Below are positions 26,040 to 38,430 of a DNA stretch of 64,000 nt, piece by piece. The stretch spans positions 136,648,001 to 136,712,000 of the forward strand of contig NC_042997.1 of NCBI RefSeq assembly GCF_006345805.1, in the 5' to 3' direction. Position 1 is the first letter of the stretch, and each line of letters begins with the position of its first letter. The notes beneath the pieces are model-generated. The model had not been told where the DNA came from. It searched no databases and was given only the letters and a program-made list of their open reading frames with translations. The translations under genes were made by a program, and so were the position numbers. This DNA is from Octopus sinensis. Lineage: Eukaryota.

Positions 26040-26173
26040 TCATTAAGAGCAGCTGAAAATATATGCTTTGTATGAGTGTCTATTCGGTTAAAAGCTCACT
26101 ACTCAAAAGCAACTGAAAACATATGCTTTGTATGAGTGTCTATTCGGTTAAAAGCTCACTACTCAAAAGCAAC
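26040..26173. repeat. ~60-bp tandem repeat, ~2.3 copies
   Basis: Unit actcaaaagcaactgaaaacatatgctttgtatgagtgtctattcggttaaaagctcact. Confidence 0.85.
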
Positions 26174-26239
26174 GTGGCTTTAAAAAGTTAAAGTCATTTC
26201 ATATTTAAAATAAAGATAGAGTACCGTTTCCTTTTTCGG

Positions 26240-26617
26240 CTGCTGCAGCTGCTGTTGCTGTTGAGCCAAGCGGTCTTCGTCCCTGAGCTCGCAGTGGGAG
26301 AAGTTCGAAACGTGGTCCTTTGCTATTCGTAAGACCCGCAGAAGAGAGAAATCAGGTCAACCCCCGACACTGAGAGCATCGACGGATGGATGAATGCGCA
26401 TCCAGGCTCAGCGGTTGCGTAGGAAGTCGGGGACAAGAAACAGGAAGAAAGAGTGAGAGAAAGTTGGGGCGAAAGAGTACAACATGGGTCGCCACCACCC
26501 CCTGCCGGAGCCTCGTGGAGTTTTAGGTGTTTTCGCTCAATAAACACACACAACGCCCGGTCTGGGAATCGAAACCGCGAGTCCGCTACCCTAACCACTG
26601 GGCCATTGCGCCTCCAC
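26240..26617 (-). mobile_element. tRNA-derived SINE family 1 head with a different 3' region
   Basis: First ~150 nt match 2387-2570 with CpGs intact; the remainder is unrelated to that copy. Confidence 0.75.
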
Positions 26618-27188
26618 TGCTGCTGCTGCTGTTGTTGGGGGGGGCTTTTGTTTACGCTAACAGAGAAGATTTATGATCAAATGCATTCCAGCTGCAACCA
26701 CCCTATGATGCAATGTGTCCTTACTTTAAGACGGCAGACTGTGATTTGAAGAAGTTTTGGCTAGTATTTCTAACACAGTGTGTGACTACGTAATGGCTTC
26801 CCTCAATCTGCTGCATCGTTTTACTTATTTTGTAACGCACTGGGCTGGATCATTTCAGAGTTAAGTGTTTTGATCGTGGACGCAGCTCAGAGCTGGTGAA
26901 TGGCATTATAGAAACCACTGACCTCATGGTTGATTGCTGCCCTATCCACTGGACTATTTGTGCTTACTCTTCGGTGTACAAAATTTAATGAATCTAACTT
27001 TATGCGTGTATGGATATAGCATTCGTATGGGTATAAGTGAATGAATCAAACAAATTATCTAGAATTAAAGTAAAATATTTCTGCTTAAATGAAAGAGTAA
27101 AAGCTTCAGTTACGACGGATCCGAGCGACAATGAATAATCTAATAAGATTATTAAATACATCTCTACTGTTATTGATCTTATGATTCA

Positions 27189-27246
<58 letters not shown>

Positions 27247-27296
27247 ACCTCTCACTCTCTCATGCACACACCCATACTCCCTCCCTTTTCTCTATT

Positions 27297-27338
<42 letters not shown>

Positions 27339-27771
27339 CTCTCTTTGTCTCTTTCACTCTATATATATATATATATCTGTCTGTCTGTTCGTTGGTTTAT
27401 CTATCATTGCATCCTCTGTATCTCTCATATAGCTGATGTGATGATTAAGCTTAACAAAAACTAGAGCAGTCTGGCAAAATTGGTTGAGCGACGATAAAAT
27501 CTGTCAGTATTTAGTTACGTCCCTTTACATTGAGTGTATAAATTACATCGAAGTCTAGTTTGCTAAGTATATTCTTTTCAAATTGTATTCGTTGTATGGG
27601 AGACAACTCAGGAATTATTTCGATATCATTGGCCTTTCAATAAAAAGAATCCATACCTTTAGTGAAGAATTCTGGTCAGCTTTTGTTGTTGTTACTTAGT
27701 TACAGGTCAGCCTTTACTGAGTAGAACTATCATCAAAAGCAGCGACAGTATCGATCTATCAGGATAGAGTG

Positions 27772-28095
27772 AAAGCGCGCGCTTAGTAATTAGGGTATTC
27801 GGCTCAAAATCTTAAGGTCGTGAGTTCGTTTCCCAAGAGTGCGTCGTGTCCTTGAGCAAGACATTTCATTTCATGTTGCTCCAGTCAATTCAGCTGGCAA
27901 AAATGAGTTGTACCTGTAATTCAGAGGAGCAGCCTTGTCATATTCTAAGTCACGTTGAATCTTCCTGAGAACTACGTTAAGGGTATGCGTATCTGTAGAG
28001 TGCTCAGCCACTTGCATGTTAATTTCACGAGCAGGCTGTTCTGTTGATCGGATCAACTGGAACATACGTCGTCGTAACCGACGGAGTACCAGTTA
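27772..28095 (+). mobile_element. tRNA-derived SINE family 3
   Basis: tRNA-like head (gagttcgtttccc B box) then a gtgtccttgagcaagaca central domain and a distinct tail. Confidence 0.65.
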
Positions 28096-28528
28096 TCAAG
28101 ATAGAATTTTGTGTGAGCAATACAACAGTATGAGCCTTGCAGTATCTGTTCTAGTCTTTTGCATTCTGGCAGCAACCTCCGTAATGACATTAGTGCCAAG
28201 CTATGCAAAGCAGTGACCTTTTCCTTGAACGACATCGGTGGCGAGGAGAAAGAAGACTTGAATACATGGACAACTGCCAGTCTTCTACACAAAGAAAAAA
28301 ACTTTGCCCACGCCTGTATATGTAGGTGCAGATATATGGTCAACCGACGGAGTCCTTTAACCCCCATTAAGTTATAATGGATCGGTCTTTCAACAATTAT
28401 ATAACCCTGAGATTAATGCAATAGCATTCTATTTGTTTATATTATAACTAGCAGTATCGCCCGGCGTTGCTCGGGTTTGTTTCGACCCTTTAGAACTGGA
28501 AATTTTGAAAAGTAAAAATTTTGCATTA

Positions 28529-29819
28529 CGAGGGACGTTCAATAAGTAATACCTCTGACCCACTTGCAGTTGTTTGATCTAGCTGAAATTTTGCACGTGC
28601 AATCATTTATATCTCTATAGAGTAAGTGGCAAATTACAGCACTGAATTAATTGTGGTTTCTGATTTACAGGTGTTTGAACCGAGTCAAGTGTTAAATGGA
28701 ACCTGTTGAGTGTCGAGCAGTGATCCGGTTTTTGTATTTGAAAGGACGCACACCACGGGAGACTTTTGATGAAATGAAAGTAACTTATGGTGATGATGCC
28801 CCATCATATGACCTTGTAAAACGCTGGCATCGTGAATTCAAACATGGTCGGAACTCTGTGGAAACAGCTCCCAGATCTGGTCGCCTCCTTCTGCCATTGA
28901 TGAGGCATCTGTCCATCAAGTTGAGGCTGCCATTTTGGAAGATCGACGCATAACTATTCGCCAAATAGCCCATGAGGTCAAGATTAGTACCGGGTCTGTG
29001 GAAACTATCATTCATGACCATTTGCATATGCAAAAGGTATCTGCCAGATGGATTCCCAGGTTGCTCACGCCTTTCCAGAAGCAAGAACGCGTCGAGTGCT
29101 CGAGGGTGAATTTGGAGATGTGCCAAGAAGATGAGTCAAAATTTTTCAAAAGACTGATTACACAGGATGAAACCTGGGTCCATCACGATGATCCAGAGAC
29201 CAAAGCCAAGTCAATGCAGTGGAAGCACCGTGACTCACCCCCTCCAAAGAAGGCAAGGGTGCAGCCCTCCGCTGGCAAGGTCATGCTCACAGTCTTCTGG
29301 GACCAGGACGGAGTAGTGATGACAGATTTCCTGGCAAAGGGTACCACAATTGCAGGAGCCTATTATGCTTCACTTTTGAGGAAATTAAGAGAAGTTATCA
29401 AAATCAAGAGGCGGGGCAAGATCAGCAAAGGCATCCTCCTCCTGCAGGACAACGCTCCGGTCCACAACTCGCTTGTCGCCAGATCAGAAGCACAGGCGTA
29501 TGGCTATGAACTCCTCCCCCATCCCCCTACTTTCCTGACCTTGCACCCTCTGATTTTCACCTCTTCCCAGTCATGAACTTGTTTTTGAAAGGAAAGCGTT
29601 TCCCAGATGATGCAGCCTTGATTTCTGAAGTCGCGTTCAGGTTGGAGGACCAAGCTGGGGTCTTCTATAAAAACGGTCTCCAGAGCTGCATCAAACAATG
29701 GGCGAAATGCGTAACTCTGGGTGGTTCCTATGTAGAAAAAGACTAATAACTGTGCCAAGTTTCGTTGCTCTACTGCTATGGGAAGTGGGTCAGGGGCATT
29801 ACTTATTTAACGCCCCTCG
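28529..29819 (+). mobile_element. Full-length mariner (D,D34D) element, 1291 bp, transposase frameshifted twice
   Basis: TA TSD (28527-28, 29820-21). TIRs CGAGGGACGTTCAATAAGTAAT / revcomp CGAGGGGCGTTAAATAAGTAAT. Motifs WIPRLL, ITQDETW, LQDNAPVH, PDLAPSDFHLF. Confidence 0.95.
28696..29746 (+). pseudogene. Mariner transposase pseudogene
   Basis: ORFs 28696-28953 and 28935-29576 plus a C-terminal frame ending gaaaaagactaa; two frameshifts. Confidence 0.9.
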
Positions 29820-31221
29820 TATGTAGCTTGTTATTTTCTTTACGTGAACATCTTTCTGGTTGAAATGCACCGAAAAATGGCGACACAGCAGTCAAAAAAT
29901 CGTAAAAAATAAGGATTTTCATAGAAAAAAAGCACCTTTTTGATGTAAATAATTTTTGGTCTTAACATGGTCTGATTTGAATTTTTTCTACTACGGAAGG
30001 AAGAGCAAGCCTTCTTCTATCATACTCTCAATTTTGGTCAACTTGCGCCGCAGAGTCTCGGAGGAGATAGTGTTAGTTGAAGGCTACCAAACCTGCCATA
30101 CACAGACAACTTCAGCTTTATATATATAGATGATAGATGATATATCACTGTATAATTTTAACGCCATAGTTTCTCTGAAAATAAGTACTAGGGCGGTCAA
30201 AACATCAAGAGTACTTCAACGTTAGGGGATTGTTTAACACTTTTACGATTCCAGACTCAAAAGGATTGCCAAACATACCCACTTCGTTAGACTGTTGAAA
30301 TCATTGTCATCACTATAAGGTGCCAGTATGACGTCAAAAGGTCCCAGGGTTTGGGTTTTACTTTGCATGTATATAACCATGAACAGAACAGGAACGTGAA
30401 TCGAAAGGTATTTGTCATATTTATTGTTGAAATCGATACAAGATGTACTCCAACACTTGAGCAGAACTGTCTTAAGGTTGAGGTACATAGGGACCCAAAG
30501 TTTATCTATGTATGCTGTGACTTGCTGTCAATTAATAAATACCATCGACCCTAATGAGTTGCTTTGCTCAGGGGCTTATAATACTGTTAAGATTGCCGTG
30601 CCTGTAAGGAGTATGGATACTCCCAATTACAAACCCAGCTTTAAATGGTTTATAGACCTGCTAGAAACAGTAACTCAAATCACCACCAACCCCTACTATC
30701 TTGGATAATGTCCTTATAGATACATTATGTCTGAATGAAAGATGTAATGTTACGAGGTTACGTTTCGTTTGATTTCTTCAAGTCGCTACGAAGCCAACCC
30801 AATAATTCTTCTTTTTAACTGGTTAGCGTTGAATGAGAAAGTAGAAGAAAGGTATGACGTTCATACGTTCTCCAATTGAATTAGCAAGAAAACTGAAACT
30901 TGGCCTTAGATTTTTACTGAAAAATCACTTAGCATTATATATCATTCTTCTATTCTTTTGTTAGTTTCAGTCATTGGACAGCTGCTGTGTCGTCTGCAAG
31001 AGTGCGAGAGTACATTGACCCCATTATTTTGTCTTGTACTTATTTTATTGGTCTCGTAAAATAAAAGGCGAAGATTTATACGCTTGGGGTGAGCAAGAAC
31101 CAATGAGATATAGTGAATCGTGTTAGCAACGAAACGCAGTGAATACTCTTGTAAGGGGAGATAACTCTGTCAAACAGAAATATATCAAGATATTTGTTTT
31201 AGGTTCTGCTCTCGCCATGCT

Positions 31222-31259
<38 letters not shown>

Positions 31260-31675
31260 CTTTTTGTACATGTCTTAGTTTAAGTCTGTTAGAGCTATAG
31301 TAATACAACTGTGCTGATAACGCCTATTGAGGCAGAACCGCAGTCTTTTCTTCACTAGTACCTCAGTTCCGGAGAATTCTTCATTCTTAAGATTATTTCC
31401 CCTACTGATTCTGAGTTTATTTACCATCCTCACGAAGCGAAAATAATTTCGATAAATCAAGAATTTACCTTGTATGATATTTAATGTACCTTTATTTCGT
31501 CCTGAGGTATTTCTCTTGGTTCATTTTTGTTTTAAATACGTGTATGTATGTATGTATATTTATACACAGGTACGCGTGCATGTACACATGCGTACAGACA
31601 GACATACTTATACACACGCACTAACACACGATATACGCATACACACAAAAATGTAGATGTACATACACACACACA

Positions 31676-32470
31676 CATACATACATACATACATACATAC
31701 ATACATACATACATGCATACATGCATACATGCATGCATGCATGCACGCACGGACACACACACACGCACGCACACACACACACACACACACATACATACAT
31801 ACATACCATACATACATACATACATACATACATACATACATACATACACATACATACATACATACATACATACATACATACATACATACATACATACATA
31901 CATACATACATACATACATACATACATACATACATACATACATACATACATACAACATACATACATACATACATACATACATACATACATACATACATAC
32001 CTACATACATACATACATACATACATACACATATACATACATACATACATACATACTACAACATACATACATACATACATACATACATACATACATACAT
32101 ACATACATACATACATACATACATACATACATACATACATACATACATACATCATACATACATACATACATACATCATACATACATACATACATACATAC
32201 ATACATACATACATACATACATACATACATACATACATACATACTACATACATACATACATACATACATACATACATACATACATACATACATACATACA
32301 TACATACATACATACATACATACATACATACATACATACATACATACATACATACATACATACATACATACATACATACATACATACATACATACATACA
32401 TACATACATACATACATACATACATACATACATACATACATACATACATACATACATACATACATACATA
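31676..32470. repeat. ~800-bp (CATA)n microsatellite
   Basis: Direct inspection; source of the spurious HTYI/MYVC ORFs. Confidence 0.98.
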
Positions 32471-33400
32471 CTGGAGTTAAATATTTAAGGCAACATGACC
32501 ACCACTAAAAATTAAGTATTCAAAGTATTTCTAATACCGTTAACATTTTTATTTGCTACTTCAGTACCTAAGAAGTGTGAATTTATCTGCTCGAAAATCT
32601 TCAGCGTTGGAGGATACGAGTATCGTATAAAGTTGAAATATACTGTTTAAAGCGATGAAGATTAGAGTTGAAAAAGTTTTGAGTAGTACGGTGTGATCGT
32701 TATCGTCGCCGTATTTGTACTTGTAGCAGTTAATGTGGAATATTTATAGTTGAGTAAGATATCCTCTTGTTCCCTGATTTAAACATAGGGCAACTTGTGA
32801 CCCGAACCAACACTACCATGCATGCAATTCCAAATTTGATCGACATGATGGCAGATTTCGGCTTAAGACCGAATATCGAGCAGATTGCCGTTGTTTTCTT
32901 TAGGTTTATACATATAACATTTCAGAATAGCTTACCTAATAATGATAAAGTTCAATTGTCTCCGTGTTCGCACAATTGTATGGATTGGATATTTATCATT
33001 AGAGTATTAATCTTTCTAACCATAAAAATTACATATATATGTAAGAGAACAGGTTACATTTTAGTTTTGTTTTTCTTACGTATAAACTAGGTTTGCATTA
33101 GAAAATGATACTAAATTCAGGGAAAAAACCGCACTCACATTTAACGTGTCAGACATGATGGATAAAATTACATCTTCTAAAGTTCAAAAGCTAGACCTTT
33201 TCAAATGTCAGTTTTGTAATTACAGTATTTAGGATAAACTGGGAAGAGTTAGTTGACCAATGAAGAGTTATGAGGTTAATAGCACTGCTCACTAGATTTC
33301 TCGTGTGTAAGTTCTAAAGTATTTCTAAAAGTCTGTGACAATAATAAAATGGAAGAATAATAATGAAAATGGTCTAATTTGTTCACATGTACAGCTTTTC
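32470..33400 (-). pseudogene. Possible decayed intronless rhodopsin-class GPCR
   Basis: Ordered fragments across frames: YYSSILLLSQTFRNTL (TM1-like), SIMSDTLNV (TM2-like), KCNLFSYIYVIFMV/ERLIL/YPIH (TM3-like), TFSTLIFIALNSIF (TM6-like), MLP*IFNSS (TM7-like). Many stops. Confidence 0.4.
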
Positions 33401-33769
33401 GAACGAGGTGTATGTTAAAACTATTCTTAAGCCACTGAAGTTCTTGTATTTTGAAAATTCGGCAATACTGTAGTAAGTGTAGAAAACCAAGACTTTCCAA
33501 TAACGGAATGTAACTGAACCAATTGATATGTGTAAGTGGGAATATTCATAATCATAATTTTAACATTTTAACAGTTTTAACATTTAATAATACCGAGAAA
33601 ATATACTAATATGTATGCATAGATGCAATTCATACATATAAAATTCAATGTCATACTTGTAAAATACGTGGAGCCATCTAAAGGATGACTCCTTCAGAAG
33701 GCCGTAATATGAATGTGGTGTCTATAACAACGTAAGTCTATTCTCCGGAACAGTCACTGGAGAGGCAAA

Positions 33770-36560
33770 GTTAAGAAATGTAAACAGTCTGAGACAATTT
33801 TTTCAGGCAATGAACCGATCTGCCAGAACATGTCCTGTAAGGTGAAGAATGCGTTTGTATAGTTGGTTTTTTTGGTAAGTGGAGGTGATGCTTCTGGGGG
33901 TGGGGTGGCAGTATTTTGGGGATGATAGGTGTGTCAGCAAGGGGCATAAATGTTTCGGAAATGGCTTCCTTTTCCTCTATCGATAGAGACAATCTCTTTT
34001 TTTTCCGTGAATGTCCACAGTGAACAGTTTCGGTGTGCTTCTCAGAACGCGATAGGGACCAGTGTAGGGAGGTGTGAGCAGTCCCTTGACGACATCATTT
34101 CTTACAAACACGTGAATCCAAGTAGAAATATTCGGAGGTACTGTAGAATAAATAGACTGGTCGCGAGGAAGCATTGGTGGCAGGTCTGCAAAGAATGACC
34201 TGAGTCGCGTGACGTAAGATGTGGGATCCGCATTCGGTAAGTCGACGGGCGCCAACATTTGTCCAGGAAGTGCTAAGGTAGTGCCATACAGGAGCTCAGC
34301 GGAGGAGTAGCCTAAATCCTTGACAGCTGAGCGGCACCCCAGCAAAACAATGGGGAGAAACTCGGACCAACGATGAGGATCAGGAGCCGCGTGAATAGCG
34401 GCTTTAAGCTGGCGGTGGAATCATTCCACCATTCCGTTCGCGGCGGGATGGCAACTTGTGGTGTGGATGTGCTGAACTCCGAGCAATCTCGAAAGCTCGC
34501 GGAACAGTCAAGCTTCAAATTGGCGCCCACGATCAGTAATAATCTTAGAGGGTACGCCGAAGCGTGATATCCAACCGGAGATGTGTGCTCTGGTGACTGT
34601 TTCTGCGGAAATATCCACGAGAGGGGTGGCTTCAGGCCATCTGGAGAAGCGGTCGATGCAGATCAATATATAAGTAAATCCGCAACTGACCGACCAAGGA
34701 CCAACCAGGTCGATGTGTATGTGACGGAATCTGGTGTTCGGTGGCTGGAAGTGCCCAAGAGGTGCTCTCGCGTGACGATGCACCTTGGAACGCTGACATG
34801 GTAGACAGGCATGTGACCAAGCAATAATAGACCGACACATATTCGATCAGAAAAAGCGAGCCAAGATAAGCTTTGCTGTGGCCGCAATGCCTGGGTGTGA
34901 CAGTGGATGCAGTGCTTCAAAAACAGCACGACAGTGATGTTCAGGGACGAGGGGTTGGAGTAACCCGGTAAAAACATCGCAGAGAATGGTTCCTTCAGAA
35001 AAAGGCAGAGGCAGGTGTTCAAACTTGCAGCAGGAAAACTGTGGTGAAGAGACATCCAAAGAGTTCAAGGAGAGTTGGTCAGTAGCCATAGCAACCAAAT
35101 CAATCAAAGCAGGAGATAACAATGCACCAACAGGCAGGTGAGATAAGGCGTCAGTGGGGATGTTGTCAGTGCCAGTGATGTGGCGAATGTCACTAGTGAA
35201 CTGTGATATGTAGTCCAAATGCTTTGTTTCTCTGGGCGAGTACTGGTCTGTTTTGGCATAGAGAGCGAACGTTAGTGGTTTGTGGTTGGTGAAAATCGTG
35301 AAATCTCTACCTTTGAGAAGATGAGAGAAATGCATCACCGCTAGATAAATTGGTAAGAGTTCTTTACCAAACACACTGTATCTATATTCAGCATCTTTCA
35401 ACTGGCGAGAAAAGAAGGTCAATGGTTGGCTTCGGCTGTTGAGAGATTGTTCTAAAACTGCGGCAATAGCGGACGATGACGCGTCGATAGTGAGTGATAA
35501 TTTTGCATCTGCAACAGGATGAGCGAGAAAGGATGCTTGAGCAAGGTCAAATTTGACAGATTCAAAAGCTTAGATGGCTGTAGGAGACAGCGTTATCGGG
35601 GAATCTTTTTTTCGTTGATCTTTCAAGAGCTGGGTCAAGGGAAGAAACTTCTCTGCACAGTTAATGAAACGATGATAATAATTAATTAAACCAATAAAAT
35701 TCCTGCGCTGTTTTAAGGAAAACTGGAGGAGACAAGCGTTTGATGGCTTCCACTTTAGAGGGAAGCAGACGAAATCCGTCGTCGTCAATGAGATGCCCCA
35801 AGAATTCCAAATTGGTAGAACCAAATACACACTTAGCGGGTTGATCTTCACATCATAGGAATGGAGGTGCTGGTCTGGAGTAACACTGGCGATTAGGTCA
35901 TCGACGTATGCGAAGACAAAATCTAACCCACAAACAACGTCATCAATGAACCTTTGGAACGTGCTGGCCGCATTGCAAAGACCAAACAGCATAGACAAAA
36001 ATTCAAACTCTCTAAAAGGCGTGGTGACGGCTGTCTTTGGAATGTGGTCGGGGTTGACAGGGATTTGTTGGTGCGCTCGTACCAAGTCGATTTTAGAAAA
36101 AAAGCCTTGCATAGCAGACAAAAAATCCTGCACATTGGGTAGGGGATAGCGATCGACGATAGTGACAGTATTAAGACATCTAAAATCTCCAACCGGTCGA
36201 AAATTAGCTTCATTCTTCCTGGCCATGTATAAAGATGTTGCCCACGGGATCGTGGAGGGACGAATAAGGCCCAGCTGGAGCATATGCTCAAATTCAGCCC
36301 GGGCGATCCGGAGTTTCTCTAGAGACAAACGGTGCGGTTGGGAAAAAACTGGAGGTCCCTTAGTCGTGATGAAATGTCTCGTGGAATGGATTGGATTCGA
36401 CGGATGAAATGACAAATCAGTCAACTTCGGAAACGAAACGAGTAACTGGAGGTAAAAGTCACCCGAAGCAGCCACAAAGAAAGAAGGGCTCACAACAGGA
36501 ACATAAGAATCCTTTCCGGAAACAGCGAGTGAGATAGTGTCATCAATTATGTACATTATT
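33770..36560 (-). mobile_element. Degenerate Ty3/Gypsy pol (RT-RNaseH-integrase), no LTR found
   Basis: ORFs with DRYPLPN/FSKIDLVRA/FAYVDD (RT), YSVFGKELL (RH), [27 protein letters not shown] (IN); multiple frameshifts. Confidence 0.92.
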
Positions 36561-36594
36561 TACATTTGACGGATATTTGCCCTCATCTTGTTTT

Positions 36595-36655
36595 ATGTTA
36601 ACACAACGTTTCGGCTGATATACCCTCCAGCCTTTATCAGGTGCCTTGGTGAAAT
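36595..36655 (-). mobile_element. Penelope-type tail fragment with mutated hammerhead core
   Basis: Minus strand cac-CTGATAA-aggctg..cagcc-GAAACGTT-gtg. Confidence 0.5.
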
Positions 36656-36720
36656 TTGTGCCTTTAGTAGAAAAGATTATTATTGTTGTTGTTATTATTA
36701 TTATTATTATTAATATTATT

Positions 36721-36935
36721 AAGGCGGCAAACTGGCAGAATTGTTAGCACGCCGGGTGAAATGCTTAGGGGTATTACGTCCGTCTTTACGTTCTGAGTTC
36801 AAACTCTGCCGAGGTTCACTTATCGGGCTCGATAAAGTAAGTACCAGTGAAGCTCTGGGGTCGATGTAATCGACTAGTCCCCTCCCCAAAAATTTCAGGT
36901 CTTATGCCTTTAGTAGAAAGGATTATTATTATTAT
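36721..36935 (+). mobile_element. SINE family 2 (tail A) between (ATT)n tracts
   Basis: Full head, body and tail; (att)n on both sides. Confidence 0.85.
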
Positions 36936-37809
36936 TTGATGAAAACCATCAGCTTATTTTGCTGAGTATGATGGAAAATGTCCATAACCAGCAGTCCATA
37001 ACCAGCAGACTAAGGTGACGCGTGTTTACTGGTCATGCTTCAAGAACCCTGCAAAGAATTCTTGCAGTTCCAAGCAAAGCTGATTTTTGTAGGTGTTCTA
37101 TCTTTATATGTGTACAAATTTTTATGAGCCATGTTGGTAGTTGAGTGCTGATACCTCCAAGTGCGCCAATTACTACTGGTATCACGGCTACTCTCCTCGT
37201 TGACCTCAGCCTTCGTATTTCCCATTTCAAATCGTCGTAGTTGTTTAGTTTTTTTCTTCTTTCTCTTTGATCCTGTTGGCACCGGGACATGCTATGCCGA
37301 TTATCAAGCAAGTTCTTTCTTTTTTATTCACTACAACAATGTCCGGTCTCCGATGTCTGGACAGGTAATTGCACTAAATCATTACATCCTACAGGATTTT
37401 GCAATCTTCATTCTCGGTGACTCCTTCTGCTATTTGCTCATACCACGTCTTTGCTGTGATTTCTACTGAGCTGCCAATGGATCATTCTTGTCAGATTGTC
37501 ATGTCGTCTTTTGTAATTCCGTTGTGCCAATTTCGGGTATTCGCTAATGAAGTACCATACCGTTTCATCCCTCTCACTACACATTCTGCATTTGTCGCTG
37601 TCGGTAATGTTGTCAGTTCTGCACTTCACATAGTTAGTCCTCAACGCGTATACTTGTGCTGTGCATATAAGTGCTTCTGTCTTTATCTTCAGGTCACTCC
37701 TCCTCATCCATAGTCACTGGTCTTCAGTATCTGTCTTGACATTTGTATTTCTTGCAAACTAACTACAGATTTTCTCCTTCCATGTTGGTTGTGTGTGTGT
37801 GTGTGTGTG

Positions 37810-37850
<41 letters not shown>

Positions 37851-38430
37851 CTTTTCCTCTTTAAGTTTTTCTTTCTTTACACAATTATCAGTTTTAATGA
37901 CGCCGGACTTCTTCACAAGTTTCAACAATGGTTCCACGATATTTTTTTACATACCACCCTAAGCTGTTTCCCTCTGTTTCGATAGAATTCTGGCAACTGA
38001 TCAAACCTCTCCCATCCTTTCTTCTAGACAAGTACAACCTGTCGGTGTCACTCTTAGGGTGGATGGCTCCATGCACTGCCAATATTTTTCTTGTCTTCGT
38101 ATCCATGTTCATCAGTTCTTTCGTTTGCCATTTTATGATTCCAACTCCATACTGAAGTGATGCTATCGCCAATGTATTAACCGCTTGTATTTTATTCCAA
38201 CCGGTCAGTTTTGAGCGCAACACCCATCTTAATCTTCGGAAATATTCCCTCCTCAATTGTTCTTTCATTTCCTTCTCCATGATTTCGTTGAACTCTAGTA
38301 TACCAAGGTATTTGTAGCCTTTTTCGATTTCTTTAATCAGTTCTCTATTAGGTAATTCTATCCCTGCAAGGACTGTACCTTCTCTCTTTTCAGGCACATT
38401 ATACCACACTTCTTGAGTCCGAATTTCATT
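36936..38430 (-). mobile_element. 5'-truncated R4/Dong-clade non-LTR retrotransposon (RT C-term, CCHC, restriction-like endonuclease)
   Basis: KCRMCSERDETVWYFISEYPKLAQRNYKRRHD and YDDLKWEI..VIPVVIGALG..LQKSALLGTARIL; flanked by (TAA)n at both ends, the known Dong target. Confidence 0.88.

Larger units (their letters stand above)
28448..30130 (-). mobile_element. Non-autonomous Helitron (~390 bp) interrupted by a mariner
   Basis: Minus strand reads A|TCTATATATA...hairpin CCCGAGCAACGCCGGG...CTAG|T, i.e. canonical Helitron ends at an AT target. Confidence 0.75.

Noticed and set aside
28016-28216. Signal-peptide-like ORF end MSLAVSVLVFCILAATSVMTLVPSYAKQ
   Set aside because: Stop codon immediately follows, there is no convincing splice donor, and it starts within a SINE.
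30243-30708. Hydrophobic minus-strand fragments possibly continuing a GPCR relic
   Set aside because: Motifs too weak and not in a convincing order.
31532-32508. Long ORFs of 250-310 aa (MYVC/HTYI repeats)
   Set aside because: Translations of the (CATA)n microsatellite; the same applies to the CA, TA, CT and GATA-derived ORFs at 23.2-23.7, 25.1-25.7, 27.2, 46.2, 55.3, 56.1-56.7 and 61.6-61.9 kb.
33600-33770. 3' LTR of the degenerate Gypsy at 33.8-36.6 kb
   Set aside because: No clear PPT and no second LTR copy for comparison.
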